From sequence record SRR31156797_3989: 38,011 nucleotides of DNA; one strand, given 5' to 3'. The first letter of the stretch is position 1. Every line of letters starts with the position of its first letter. The notes beneath the pieces were generated by a model that ran no database searches, was not told where the DNA came from, and saw only the letters and a program-made list of their open reading frames with translations. A program made the position numbers and the translations under genes. Of this stretch, positions 9,619 to 18,956 are shown piece after piece.

Positions 9619-10472
9619 TGAAAAAGTTGCAGACACTGCTTGAAATGATCAAGTTCAAGTATACTGTCTTTGCCATGCCCTTTGCCCTGATCGGAGCCTT
9701 TTTGGCAGAACGTGGGGTTCCTGGTTTATGGACATTTTTTTGGATTATTATGGCCATGGTGGGAGCCCGTACCTGTGCCATGGGGTTTAACCGGATCGCT
9801 GATCGCAAGTTTGACGCTGCAAATCCACGTACAGCTGGTCGGGCAATACCTTCCGGTGAAGTGTCACTTGGCGAATCCTGGATGCTGGTGATTGTTTCCG
9901 GAGGTGTTTTCTTTTTATCTTGTGCCATGCTCAATACAACCGCGTTGCTTATATCACCAGTTGCATTGGGGCTGACTCTTTTTTATTCGTTGACCAAGCG
10001 TTTCACCTGGCTTTGTCATGTTGTACTGGGAGTGGCCCAGGCCTTTTCTCCTTTGGGTGGCTGGGTAGCAGTCTCCGGTACGCTTAGCGGATATCCTTGG
10101 GTACTTTCACTCGGCGTTTTATTTTGGGTCGCCGGTTTTGACTGTATCTATGCCTGCCTTGACGCTGAATTCGATAAATCAGCAGGGCTTCATTCAATGC
10201 CTTCAATATTAGGACGGAAAAGAAGTTTTCGTATAGCAGTCCTATTTCATGCGCTGGCGTTTGTCCTCTTCACCTTGACAGGAGTGCTGACAGGTCTCAA
10301 CTTGTACTATTATATAGGCATCGTTCTTACAGGGGGAGCATTGTTTTATCAGCACTTGATAGTTACTCCGACTGATTTATCCCGTATCAAGATGTCGTTT
10401 TTTTCAATGAACGGATTTGTTTCACTAACACTCTTTGTGGCTACATGGCTTTCTCTCGCTACATCCGGTTAA
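9615..10472 (+). CDS. ubiA: UbiA-like polyprenyltransferase of the futalosine pathway (MqnP-type)
   Basis: EMIKF..TVFAMPFA, ARTCAMGFNRIADRKFDAANPRT, YSLTKRFT, GFDCIYACLD, and multiple TM helices. ATGA overlap with ubiX, with AGGAG upstream. Confidence 0.92.
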   Translation: MMKKLQTLLEMIKFKYTVFAMPFALIGAFLAERGVPGLWTFFWIIMAMVGARTCAMGFNRIADRKFDAANPRTAGRAIPSGEVSLGESWMLVIVSGGVFFLSCAMLNTTALLISPVALGLTLFYSLTKRFTWLCHVVLGVAQAFSPLGGWVAVSGTLSGYPWVLSLGVLFWVAGFDCIYACLDAEFDKSAGLHSMPSILGRKRSFRIAVLFHALAFVLFTLTGVLTGLNLYYYIGIVLTGGALFYQHLIVTPTDLSRIKMSFFSMNGFVSLTLFVATWLSLATSG

Positions 10473-11296
10473 CAGGTTTTTGTGTCCATTTGTTCCTTTT
10501 CATGGCCTGTTTTTTCGGCTGGCCAGGAAAAGATGCGGCTGCGGAGAACAACATTGTTGAAACGCAAATGCAACACGTACGACCTGATGTACTGGCAAAC
10601 ATGTTTGATGGCGAAGAGAAGATGCATTTTAGTATCTCTTGGAGTGGTGGGCCTAAGATAGGTGATCTTTACCTATCTGTGAAAAAGCAGGAGAATCCCG
10701 GTGAGTATGCCATTCATGTGCGGGTCACTGATTATGGACTGTTTAAGCTGTTTTATCCCGTGGATGATACCTTTACTACTTATGTAAAGGGTGATTTAAA
10801 ACTGCCGGTGCGCTATGAAGTCTTCCAAAAAGAGGGCAGAGGAAGTGAAACCAGGCGTTTTACCCAGTATGATCAACAAGCACTGCAGGTCACTTATCGC
10901 AAAAATGACCAGCCAGATGAGCTGTTCTCCATCCTCGGCACAGTGTACAATGAGTTTTCCGCCTTTTTCATCACTAGAGCCCTTAGGCTGGTGAAAGATG
11001 CTGAGATTGTCATTCCCGCCTTTGTTGATAAAAAGAGGCACCAAGTGGCAGTGCAACTGCTGAGCAAGGAGCCACGTAAATCAATTTTTGGCGAAGTGCC
11101 AACGCTAAAGGTCAAACCGGTAATGAGTTTTAAAGGGTTATACGATAAGGATGGCGACACTGTCTTCTGGTTGACAGACGACGAGTGCCGCATTCCAGTG
11201 GAGATAGAGTCAAAAATCCTGATAGGGTTTCTCAGTGCTGAGCTGGTCGAATATAGTAATAGCTCCTGCTCTGTTCCCTTGAGAAAGAACCCGTGA
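10445..11296 (+). CDS. Exported beta-rich protein, DUF3108-like
   Basis: Signal-like N-terminus (..KDAAAE), GEEKMHFSISWSG..IG, and C-terminal FWLTDDECRIPVEIE...IG, which resemble DUF3108 proteins. Start is uncertain (10445 or 10502). Confidence 0.7.
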   Translation: MAFSRYIRLTGFCVHLFLFMACFFGWPGKDAAAENNIVETQMQHVRPDVLANMFDGEEKMHFSISWSGGPKIGDLYLSVKKQENPGEYAIHVRVTDYGLFKLFYPVDDTFTTYVKGDLKLPVRYEVFQKEGRGSETRRFTQYDQQALQVTYRKNDQPDELFSILGTVYNEFSAFFITRALRLVKDAEIVIPAFVDKKRHQVAVQLLSKEPRKSIFGEVPTLKVKPVMSFKGLYDKDGDTVFWLTDDECRIPVEIESKILIGFLSAELVEYSNSSCSVPLRKNP

Positions 11297-11329
11297 ATAC
11301 GGGTACTCATCGGCTCAGGTTAAATAGAG

Positions 11330-11731
11330 CTATCCCATCTTCACTTCTATCTTTTTGGGTTGTACTGGGACCTGTTTTGGCAGCTTCACTTTAAGTACCC
11401 CGTCTGCAAGAGAGGCTTCGATTTTTTCCCTGTCAATGGTTTCAGCGACGGTAAATTTCCGCATGTAGTGCCCGATTTCATATTCTTCCAGTACCACCCT
11501 CCCTTCCGGCTGCTTGTCAGACATCTTTCCATGGATGGTTAATATGTTGTCATCCAGCGAAATCTCAATATTTTCCTGTATTACTCCTGGAATATCGGCA
11601 ATAACGATAACAGCCTCAGGTGTTTCAAATATATCTACTAGTGGTGAGAAATAGTTCTCAGATTTAGTCGATTCTTCAGTATGGGACGTATGAAGGGTCT
11701 TGGTTTGCGTCTTGAGATCCTGATTGCTCAT
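11330..11731 (-). CDS. Small heat-shock protein (Hsp20/alpha-crystallin)
   Basis: PLVDIFET, ADIPGV, LTIHG and ASLADGVLKVKLPK, ending with a KKIEV IXI/V motif. AGGAGG RBS. Confidence 0.93.
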   Translation of the reverse strand: MSNQDLKTQTKTLHTSHTEESTKSENYFSPLVDIFETPEAVIVIADIPGVIQENIEISLDDNILTIHGKMSDKQPEGRVVLEEYEIGHYMRKFTVAETIDREKIEASLADGVLKVKLPKQVPVQPKKIEVKMG

Positions 11732-11741
11732 GCTTCCCTCC

Positions 11742-12203
11742 TTATTCTGATAGAATCTGTATTTTTCTTGGGGTTGCTTTGGCGGCTTTAGGCAGGTTTA
11801 TAGTCAATATACCATCAGCCAAGCGGGCGGAAAGGTTATCCAGGTCCACTTTTATCGGGAGTGCCACGGCCCTGCTAAAGGTTCCTGATTCAATCTCCCG
11901 GCGGTGATAGGAAACCTGTGTCGCCTCGGTGACTGCGTTACCCCTTTTTCCCTTGAGGGTAAGGGTTTCACCTTCCACCGAAATATCCAAATCTTGATTG
12001 GAGACGCCTGGTATTTCTGCAGTGACTATAAGCCTGTCTACCTGTTCGTATATATTTAAAGCCGGGAATACATTTGATCTGTCTTGTTTTTGACTACGGT
12101 CTCCGTAATTTTTTGACAGTTCATCCAGACCTTGTCGGATGCGTTCAAATTCAGCCCAGGGGTTTCTGGATGGTGCCCGTTCTGCAAAACGTATAATTGG
12201 CAT
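11742..12203 (-). CDS. Small heat-shock protein (Hsp20/alpha-crystallin)
   Basis: FPALNIYE, AEIPGV, HRREIESGTFSR, DGILTINLPK and RKIQI. AAGGAG RBS. Confidence 0.94.
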   Translation of the reverse strand: MPIIRFAERAPSRNPWAEFERIRQGLDELSKNYGDRSQKQDRSNVFPALNIYEQVDRLIVTAEIPGVSNQDLDISVEGETLTLKGKRGNAVTEATQVSYHRREIESGTFSRAVALPIKVDLDNLSARLADGILTINLPKAAKATPRKIQILSE

Positions 12204-12245
12204 TTGAGTCTCCTTTTAAAGGCTTTGGTTTTTCTTTTAATGGTT

Positions 12246-12274
12246 AAAATAAGTTGCTATGTTCTGTTGTCAAG
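12246..12274 (-). promoter_or_regulatory. Putative promoter of the hsp20 pair
   Basis: Minus strand CTTGACA-N16-TATTTT about 45 nt upstream of the start. No canonical CIRCE seen. Confidence 0.45.
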
Positions 12275-12440
12275 AAGACCCTGAAAAAGGTTTTTCACTA
12301 AAAATATCATTAGCCCGATATGTTAGATGAAGGTGACCGCATCATTTTTGTTGTGGTTTCATTAATACTATTTCTTTTTTTTAAATCAGTATTATCTATA
12401 TCATCTCTTTCAAATTAAATAATATCGTAGGAGTATCTCC

Positions 12441-13331
12441 ATGAGTAACGCTGTCATAACCACAGATTGTCCTGAATTAAAATTGCTATCCCGGGGCAAG
12501 GTCAGAGATATGTATGAAATCCCTGGCCATCCCGATATGCTGTTGATGGTAGCCACCGACAGAATTTCCGCCTACGATGTGATTATGGATGATCCCATTG
12601 CAGGCAAAGGGAAGGTCTTGACCCAGATTTCTCTGTTCTGGTTTGAATTGCTTGGCGATATCGTTCCCAACCATTTGATTTCCGCAGATGTAGATCAATT
12701 TCCGGCTGTCTGTCACCAGTACCGTGAGCAGTTAGAAGGGCGTTCAATGCTGGTGAAGCGGAGCAAGGTGCTTCCCATTGAGTGCATTGTTCGTGGTTAC
12801 CTGTCTGGATCTTTTTGGAAGGCTTATCAGAAAGATACCACGGTCTGCGGCTTTGCTTTACCTGAGGGGATGGTAGAATCCGGTAAATTCCCGCAGCCGC
12901 TTTTTACGCCTTCTACAAAAGCGGAACAGGGGCTGCATGATGAGAATATTTCCCTGGAGCAGATGCAGGACATTGTCGGCAAAGATATTGCTGGCAAAAT
13001 GGCTGCTATCAGTACCAAACTTTACGAAAAAGCTGCTGATTATGCCAAGACAAAGGGCATTATTATTGCCGATACAAAATTTGAACTGGGTATGGTTGGG
13101 GAAGAACTGATCTTAATTGATGAAGTGCTGACGCCTGACTCTTCACGTTTTTGGCCGCTTGACGAGTATCAGGAGGGCAAGGGGCAGCCAAGCTTTGACA
13201 AACAATTTTTGCGGGATTATCTTTCCACCCTTGATTGGGATAAACAGCCGCCTGCACCTAAGCTGCCGGATGAGATTCTGAAAAAAACCGAGGATCGTTA
13301 TCTGGAGGCCCAGCGTAAACTCACCTCGTAA
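12441..13331 (+). CDS. purC: Phosphoribosylaminoimidazolesuccinocarboxamide (SAICAR) synthase
   Basis: [57 protein letters not shown] and SFDKQFLRD. Confidence 0.97.
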   Translation: MSNAVITTDCPELKLLSRGKVRDMYEIPGHPDMLLMVATDRISAYDVIMDDPIAGKGKVLTQISLFWFELLGDIVPNHLISADVDQFPAVCHQYREQLEGRSMLVKRSKVLPIECIVRGYLSGSFWKAYQKDTTVCGFALPEGMVESGKFPQPLFTPSTKAEQGLHDENISLEQMQDIVGKDIAGKMAAISTKLYEKAADYAKTKGIIIADTKFELGMVGEELILIDEVLTPDSSRFWPLDEYQEGKGQPSFDKQFLRDYLSTLDWDKQPPAPKLPDEILKKTEDRYLEAQRKLTS

Positions 13332-13373
13332 TCTGTATACCTTACCATTCTCTGCCTAGGCTCCTGTTGAGCG

Positions 13374-13613
13374 TCAGGCAGAGGATGCTTCTTCTGTTAC
13401 TTCCAACGTAACCCCATTGAAGATGACAGTGTCGCCAGGCACGATTTTATTTCTTTTTCTGGTTTCTGTTTTCCCGTTCACCCGAACCATTCCTTCACCA
13501 ATTACAAATTTTGCCTCGCCTCCGCTTGCGGTCAGATTTTCCCGTTTAAGCAGTTTGTAGAGTTCAATAAAGGGTGTGGAAATGGACGTCTGGTAATGTT
13601 CCATGTTTGTCAT
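13374..13613 (-). CDS. RNA-binding S4 domain protein (YbcJ/YaaA family)
   Basis: FIELYKLLK..NLTASGGEAK..I.EG.V.VNG..ETRKRNKI..GD.V. Confidence 0.9.
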   Translation of the reverse strand: MTNMEHYQTSISTPFIELYKLLKRENLTASGGEAKFVIGEGMVRVNGKTETRKRNKIVPGDTVIFNGVTLEVTEEASSA

Positions 13614-13685
13614 AATGTGCCGTCTGAAAAAAGGAGGAAGAGGGAAAACAAGTTTGTCGTTAGCTGTTGCCGCTTTGCAGACAGC

Positions 13686-14180
13686 CTATTCAGCGCTCTG
13701 GAAGTTGAGGAGAATTGAATTTCGCTCCGGCATAAAACGGCGGTAATGAGTGTTGGCTTTTTCCAGCATAATCTTAGAGGCCTTGACAGAGTCACTCTCT
13801 TTGTACTTATCCGACATATAAATGATTTCGCGAATACCAGCCTGTATTATAACTTTTGTACATTCGTTACAGGGGAACAGAGCAACATAAATACGACAGT
13901 CGCGCAAATCAGTGGTGGAGTTGAGGACAGCATTGAGTTCAGCATGGCAGACATATGGGTATTTAGTGTCGAGAAAATTGCCCTCCCTCGCCCAAGGCAA
14001 CTCGTCATCTGAGCAGCCCCAGGGAAATCCGTTATATCCAACACCAACAATTTTGTTTTGCGGATTGGCTACACAGGCCCCAACTTGAGTGCTGGGGTCC
14101 TTGGAGCGCAGTCCTGATAACAGGGCTACCGCCATGAAATATTCATCCCACGAGAGGTAGCCTTTTCTTTTGTCAGTCAT
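13686..14180 (-). CDS. dCMP deaminase (deoxycytidylate deaminase)
   Basis: [22 protein letters not shown], and the zinc motifs HAE and PCNEC. Confidence 0.93.
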   Translation of the reverse strand: MTDKRKGYLSWDEYFMAVALLSGLRSKDPSTQVGACVANPQNKIVGVGYNGFPWGCSDDELPWAREGNFLDTKYPYVCHAELNAVLNSTTDLRDCRIYVALFPCNECTKVIIQAGIREIIYMSDKYKESDSVKASKIMLEKANTHYRRFMPERNSILLNFQSAE

Positions 14181-15177
14181 TTTGTTTTGCGGCTTGCTGC
14201 GCTTTGAAAGCTTTCCTCTTTTCCCGCCAATCTGGCACAGAGTCTGTGACTTTATTGATAAAATTTTTGATTGTCTGGAAATACAGTACGCCTCCGACGG
14301 CGATCAGGGAATTATGATCTGCACCCGGAACCATCTGTAGTTCTTTGGTCTTTGCACCGCACATTGAATGCAGCTTTTCGGCTTGCCACATCGGGATCAA
14401 TTGGTCAACCTGGCCATGGAACAAGAAGGTAGGCTTTGTAAATTTTTCTATCTTCCCGGCATTGTCAAAGGTCTGGCCTTCGTGGATACCGAATGCTTCG
14501 AGATCCAAGCCCAGTGCTTTTGCCAGCGGAAGAGTAAGTGCAAAGCCGGAGTCTATGATCAGGCCAGTAAGGTCTTCGGTACGATTGACTGCAATGTCAA
14601 TAGCACAAGCACTTCCCATTGATCGGCCCATGACAAATACATCACCAGTATAGCCGTTGTCGATAAACCAGGCGCGGATTTGGTCAAAAACCTGGTTACT
14701 ATCTTCAAGAAAGGCACTGAGCAGTGGGCTTCCGTCGCTCCAACCGTATCCTCGGTAATCGGCAATCGCAAAGTTGATACCCTGTTGCTGGTACATGGGA
14801 CCTATATCGTCATAGTCACTAACGACTTCGCCGTTACCATGATAAAAAATAATGATAGGGGCATCCTTGGCAACGGTGAACATTCGGCAACCGATTCGGA
14901 TGCCGTCCCCAACGGTTGCGTTCATATCAAACGCATCTTTTGGGGGAGTGTTTTGCGGGGTTGAGCGTGGATGAAAAAGCATTTGTAATACTTGTGGGGT
15001 ATCCATCAGGGCAGCTATATCGTTTGTGTCAGGCAAAGTTTTCTCCATTATTGTATTCTGATTTTTCCATCCGGCAAGTAAAAGACTTACAATGAGCAGG
15101 ACGCAGGTGAAAGCAAGCCTGCCGGTAATCGACAGGCAAGAGAACCTGGTTTCTGTTTTAGTGGTGGCGACTATCAT
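14173..15177 (-). CDS. Alpha/beta-fold hydrolase
   Basis: YHGNGE, DYRGYG.S.G, nucleophile elbow GRSMGS, HG..D.LIP and GADHN. The start may be ATG 15048 (MEKTLP); the longer form adds a hydrophobic anchor. Confidence 0.88.
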   Translation of the reverse strand: MIVATTKTETRFSCLSITGRLAFTCVLLIVSLLLAGWKNQNTIMEKTLPDTNDIAALMDTPQVLQMLFHPRSTPQNTPPKDAFDMNATVGDGIRIGCRMFTVAKDAPIIIFYHGNGEVVSDYDDIGPMYQQQGINFAIADYRGYGWSDGSPLLSAFLEDSNQVFDQIRAWFIDNGYTGDVFVMGRSMGSACAIDIAVNRTEDLTGLIIDSGFALTLPLAKALGLDLEAFGIHEGQTFDNAGKIEKFTKPTFLFHGQVDQLIPMWQAEKLHSMCGAKTKELQMVPGADHNSLIAVGGVLYFQTIKNFINKVTDSVPDWREKRKAFKAQQAAKQND

Positions 15178-15180
15178 AAT

Positions 15181-15365
15181 TGAAGGACTCGCAAAAAGTC
15201 CATCACTTGCTCAACGATGGCTAAGTTAATATTTAATTATACCTGGTAAGCGCGCGAAGTATGACTCCAAGAGTGATTCTTCATGGTGCTAAGGCATGTG
15301 TCAGGTATGTCACATGCCCAAAAAAAACTCAACGCAGCGCGGACGAAGGTTTTACGACGCCATCA
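15181..15365. mobile_element. MITE-like non-autonomous element
   Basis: Imperfect terminal inverted repeats (left TGAAGGACTCGCAAAA; right, reverse-complemented, TGATGGCGTCGTAAAA) flanked by TAAT on both sides. Non-coding, with internal hairpin GGCATGTG-N10-CACATGCC. Confidence 0.65.
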
Positions 15366-15428
15366 TAATTGATCAGGTGAAAATGGTCAATTTGGACGAG
15401 CCTGATTTTGCAGATTATTATGCTTAAA

Positions 15429-16190
15429 TTATTCTATTGCCTGTTTGTGAAGTTTAACCGGTTCAATTCTCTTTTTGCGCATCCGCATATTGAGCATTTC
15501 CACTCCCACAGAAAAGGCCATGGCAAAGTAGATGTACCCTTTGGGAACATGAACATCAAAACCTTCAACGATAAGGGTAACCCCGACCAAAAGCAGAAAG
15601 GACAGGGCTAAAATTTTAATGGTAGGATGGGCATCAACAAAGTCGCCAATACTCTTGGCGGAAATCAGCATAACGCCTACCGCAATCACGATGGCAATAG
15701 CCATGATTGAAACATGATCTGCCAGGCCCACTGCAGTGATTACAGAATCCAGGGAAAATACGATATCGAGGAGGGCTATCTGCACCAACATACTGCCGAG
15801 GGTGACCTTTGCTGATACATGGCTGTGTTCAGCGCTTCCCTCAAGGCTGCTGTGAATTTCGTGGGTTGCTTTAAAGAGAAGGAACAGGCCTCCACTAACC
15901 AAGATGATATCCCGGCCGGAGATAGCTTGTCCAAAAACAGTGAACCATGGTGTGGTAAGCCCCATCACCCAGGCGATAGAAAAAAGGAGTGCCAGCCTGG
16001 TCAGCATTGCCAGCATGAGTCCTGTCTGTCTGGCAAATTTGCGCTGATGTTCAGGGAGCTTGTTTACCAGAATAGTGATAAATATTATATTATCAATACC
16101 CAGGACAATTTCTAGAAGTGTCAGGGTTGCTAATGCTGCCCATGCTTCCGGGCTGGTTAACCATGTGAACATTGCTTGCTCCGTAGTCAA
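15429..16190 (-). CDS. TerC family integral membrane protein
   Basis: LEIVLGIDNIIFI, GRDIIL..GGLFLL.KAT.EIH, DIVFSLDSVITAVG, HPTIKILAL.FL and VPKGYIY. Confidence 0.94.
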   Translation of the reverse strand: MTTEQAMFTWLTSPEAWAALATLTLLEIVLGIDNIIFITILVNKLPEHQRKFARQTGLMLAMLTRLALLFSIAWVMGLTTPWFTVFGQAISGRDIILVSGGLFLLFKATHEIHSSLEGSAEHSHVSAKVTLGSMLVQIALLDIVFSLDSVITAVGLADHVSIMAIAIVIAVGVMLISAKSIGDFVDAHPTIKILALSFLLLVGVTLIVEGFDVHVPKGYIYFAMAFSVGVEMLNMRMRKKRIEPVKLHKQAIE

Positions 16191-16204
16191 AGAGGGATGT
16201 GTCT

Positions 16205-16444
16205 TTAGCTTTTGTGTTTCTGCGACTGCACATTGAAAAGAATTTTCGCTGCAAGTAGCACAAAGGGTGCACCATGAAAAAGGAGGTCAAAGATATCGAT
16301 TGGCCTCGTCAAACTGCCCTGGAAAAGCATCCGTATCTTTTCAACCAAATGCGGTTCGGGTGAAAAGGGTGCCAGGCCAATCACCACGCAGAAAAGGAGC
16401 AACAGAGTTAAGGGCATTTTTTGTATCTTCATCCACATCCGCAC
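16205..16444 (-). CDS. Small two-TM conserved membrane protein, function unknown
   Basis: Two hydrophobic segments around GLAPFSPEPHLVEK...G.L.RPIDIFDLLFHG. Tightly packed between its neighbours (gaps of 2 and 14 nt). Confidence 0.75.
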   Translation of the reverse strand: MRMWMKIQKMPLTLLLLFCVVIGLAPFSPEPHLVEKIRMLFQGSLTRPIDIFDLLFHGAPFVLLAAKILFNVQSQKHKS

Positions 16445-16446
16445 TT

Positions 16447-17286
16447 TTACCCCAGGGGTTTAAGCCGGGACCCTCTTTGTTTATTTTTTTTCATGCCGAT
16501 ATGCTGAACAGCCTGAACAGCCAACTCTTCGATGGAACGGCCTTCGACGTTGATAACCTTAACATTGTGTCGCGTAAATAACTGACGTGCCTGTTGCAGT
16601 TCTTTGGTGCAGTTTTGTAGACTGGCGTAGGATGAACCCGGGTATCTTTTTTCTCTTATTTTATGGAGATAGCGAGGGGAAGAGGTAAGGCCGATAACCC
16701 GCTTTCGGTTTCTAACCAAATCCTTTGGCAGCTCATGGTCGTCCAGGTGGTCCGAGGTCAGAGGAAAGTTTGCCGCTTTTAACTCCATGTGGGTGGCTAT
16801 ATATATACTTACCGGTGTTTTGCCGGTGCGGGAAACGCCGACAAGGATGATTTCTGCCTTGTCGTATTCTTTGGTCTTGGTACCGTCATCGTGGTCCAAG
16901 GAAAAATGGATAGCATCAACTCGCTTGTTCATTCTGGAGATAGTAAAGTGCCTTGAATATCCAGGTTCCCTTCTTGCTTTGGTTTGGAGAATATCTTCAA
17001 GTCGTTCTAAGTTCTGTAAAAAAATATCAAAGTAGATGACTTCGTTATTATCAAACACATCCCGTGTTTCCTGATCCATGATGGTGCAGAAAACAAGTGG
17101 TTTCCCACCTTTGGACTGGGCTAGTATTCTTTTCAGGATTTCTTTAGCTTGTTCAACTGTGTGGATGAAAGGAATACGCTCTTCGCGAAAACGGATATCT
17201 CTAAATTGTGCTAATAAAGCCCGGCCCATATCCTCTGCAAGAATTGCCGTGGAGCCGGATATGTAGAAGACGTTTCTTGTTTCCAT
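16447..17286 (-). CDS. ppsR: PEP synthase / pyruvate dikinase regulatory protein (kinase-pyrophosphorylase, DUF299)
   Basis: RVDAIHFSLDHDDG, AEIILVGVSRTGKTP P-loop, KAANFPL, IREKR.P.S.YAS and SIEELA. Confidence 0.88.
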   Translation of the reverse strand: METRNVFYISGSTAILAEDMGRALLAQFRDIRFREERIPFIHTVEQAKEILKRILAQSKGGKPLVFCTIMDQETRDVFDNNEVIYFDIFLQNLERLEDILQTKARREPGYSRHFTISRMNKRVDAIHFSLDHDDGTKTKEYDKAEIILVGVSRTGKTPVSIYIATHMELKAANFPLTSDHLDDHELPKDLVRNRKRVIGLTSSPRYLHKIREKRYPGSSYASLQNCTKELQQARQLFTRHNVKVINVEGRSIEELAVQAVQHIGMKKNKQRGSRLKPLG

Positions 17287-17291
17287 TTATT

Positions 17292-17558
17292 TTATTGTTG
17301 GGTTCGTTTGTGACAAAATAGACATCGATACTTTGGAGGGTGATCGTCAGGAAGAGGTGCCACTCCTTCGTTTGAGTGGCATTGGTCACACTGTTTCTCT
17401 GCTATCTTTTTATTCATCTGCATGAATTGCTGATGATCGTCATCATGGGGCAGGGGTGCGGTGGTTTCTGGGGGTGCAATATAGAGGAAGGTGAAAATAG
17501 CCCCGCAAACCACTAAAAAGAGGATGTTATAAACGATGTTTTTCTTTTTGGTGTTCAT
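17292..17558 (-). CDS. Small membrane-anchored diheme c-type cytochrome
   Basis: N-terminal TM segment, two CxxCH motifs (CDQCH, CLFCH) and additional His residues as candidate distal ligands. GGAG RBS. Confidence 0.82.
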   Translation of the reverse strand: MNTKKKNIVYNILFLVVCGAIFTFLYIAPPETTAPLPHDDDHQQFMQMNKKIAEKQCDQCHSNEGVAPLPDDHPPKYRCLFCHKRTQQ

Positions 17559-17610
17559 TACTTAGTTGGAAACTCCTTGGCCAAGCAGGTTGGTTAATAA
17601 ATTGCGTACA

Positions 17611-18654
17611 TCAGTCTGCCATTTCAAGCATGCGAAAATCAAGTATTTTAACCCGCAACAGGAAGACCAGCAAGTTCATGAGCAGGTTGCAAAGAGCCGG
17701 GGTTCGTTGTGCATAGTTGATTACTTTATGATGTTTTTGTTGTTTTTTTACCATCCTATTGAGTTCCTGGGCAGGATAGTTGGGATTAATAATTCTTTGT
17801 GCAACAGCCTGACCGGAAATTATGGCAGGATAAATCCCTTCTCCGGTAAGCCCGGAAGCTAACCCCGCCGCCTCGCCCACAAGCCAGTTGTTGTCAAACG
17901 CATATCCCTGATAATCGCAGTTGACGAGTCCTGCACGTATCTGATCTGCAGGGATGGGTATGCCTAGTGATTGTGCCCAAATGATAAGATTGTTCTTTAG
18001 CTGTTTTGTCGAGATTGCTGTTTTGTCAGCATAAGCGCCGATCGATATGCTATTCTTGTGAGGGAATATCCAGGCATAGCCATAGTTGAAAAGGTGGGGA
18101 AGTAAGTGCCACTCCATATCGTGGCGCTGAATGGGCAGGATACAATTTAACCCGACGCCAGACATTTTGGTTTTGAGGCCAAGGGAACGGCGAACAAGGG
18201 AGTTGGCACCATCTGCTCCAACAAGATGCTTGTAGCAGATGGTTTTAGTCTCTGTTCCATGGCGAACAACGACTTGTCCATTCTTAATTTTAAGGGCGTG
18301 GGTGTCTGGAATTAATTTCACCCCTGCCTCACGTGCTTTTTCAGCCATCCATTGGCCGGTTTTTTCCCTGTTTATAGTAGCCACCACCGGTTGCTTTTCC
18401 CTAATCCGTATATGCTGCTGCCGGGTATAGATGTGTTGGACAGGAAAAGATTTTTCAATCAGTGTCTCTGGCACATGCTGCAGGAGGCCGCTCCAGGTTA
18501 TTCCGCCGGCGCATACTTTGGGGCCAATAACAGGTTTTCGTTCAATTAAAAGAACCTGTCTCCCCTTTTCTGCAAGCATGCGGGCACAGGCGAGTCCACC
18601 AGGTCCTCCGCCTATGATAAGAATCTCTGTTTGTTCTTCCGGGGTTAGTACCAT
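17611..18654 (-). CDS. Geranylgeranyl reductase family FAD-dependent oxidoreductase
   Basis: IIGGGPGG, KVCAGG, VGADGANS.VRR, YAWIFP (GGR YxWxFP motif) and LVGEAAG...LTGEGIYPA. Start placed at ATG 18654. Confidence 0.87.
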   Translation of the reverse strand: MVLTPEEQTEILIIGGGPGGLACARMLAEKGRQVLLIERKPVIGPKVCAGGITWSGLLQHVPETLIEKSFPVQHIYTRQQHIRIREKQPVVATINREKTGQWMAEKAREAGVKLIPDTHALKIKNGQVVVRHGTETKTICYKHLVGADGANSLVRRSLGLKTKMSGVGLNCILPIQRHDMEWHLLPHLFNYGYAWIFPHKNSISIGAYADKTAISTKQLKNNLIIWAQSLGIPIPADQIRAGLVNCDYQGYAFDNNWLVGEAAGLASGLTGEGIYPAIISGQAVAQRIINPNYPAQELNRMVKKQQKHHKVINYAQRTPALCNLLMNLLVFLLRVKILDFRMLEMAD

Positions 18655-18956
18655 AAAACCGTAGTAAATGAGGAGGTTGAGCGAAGCACTGTAATTATCA
18701 AAGGTGGGGGTAGACCGGATATCTCCTGAACATTGTGCTAGTTTGACAAATTGGCGCAATGATCATAAGAAATCCAGGTTAAGGAAGAGAGTATTACTAT
18801 ATCTACTCCCAAAAGCCAGTAGGTTGAATATGCTCCACAAACAATATGGTATTGATACCAGATAGTTCCCTACTAATCATTGCCTTTTTGCGAAAAAGTG
18901 ATCATCATCTATCGTTAATAAATTTTGATTATTTTTTTAATAGACAGGACGTATTT

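Noticed and set aside
12204-12440. CIRCE/HAIR/ROSE heat-shock elements upstream of the hsp20 pair
   Set aside because: No TTAGCACTC-N9-GAGTGCTAA or CTTGAGT-N7-ACTCAAG match found by eye.
15259-15286. GTATGA-N16-TCATGG resembling the E. coli NikR operator
   Set aside because: Two mismatches in one arm, located inside the MITE-like element, and no nickel-related gene follows; likely chance.
16191-16204. Expected yybP-ykoY (Mn) riboswitch upstream of terC
   Set aside because: Only 14 nt separate terC from the upstream gene, so there is no room, and no motif is seen.
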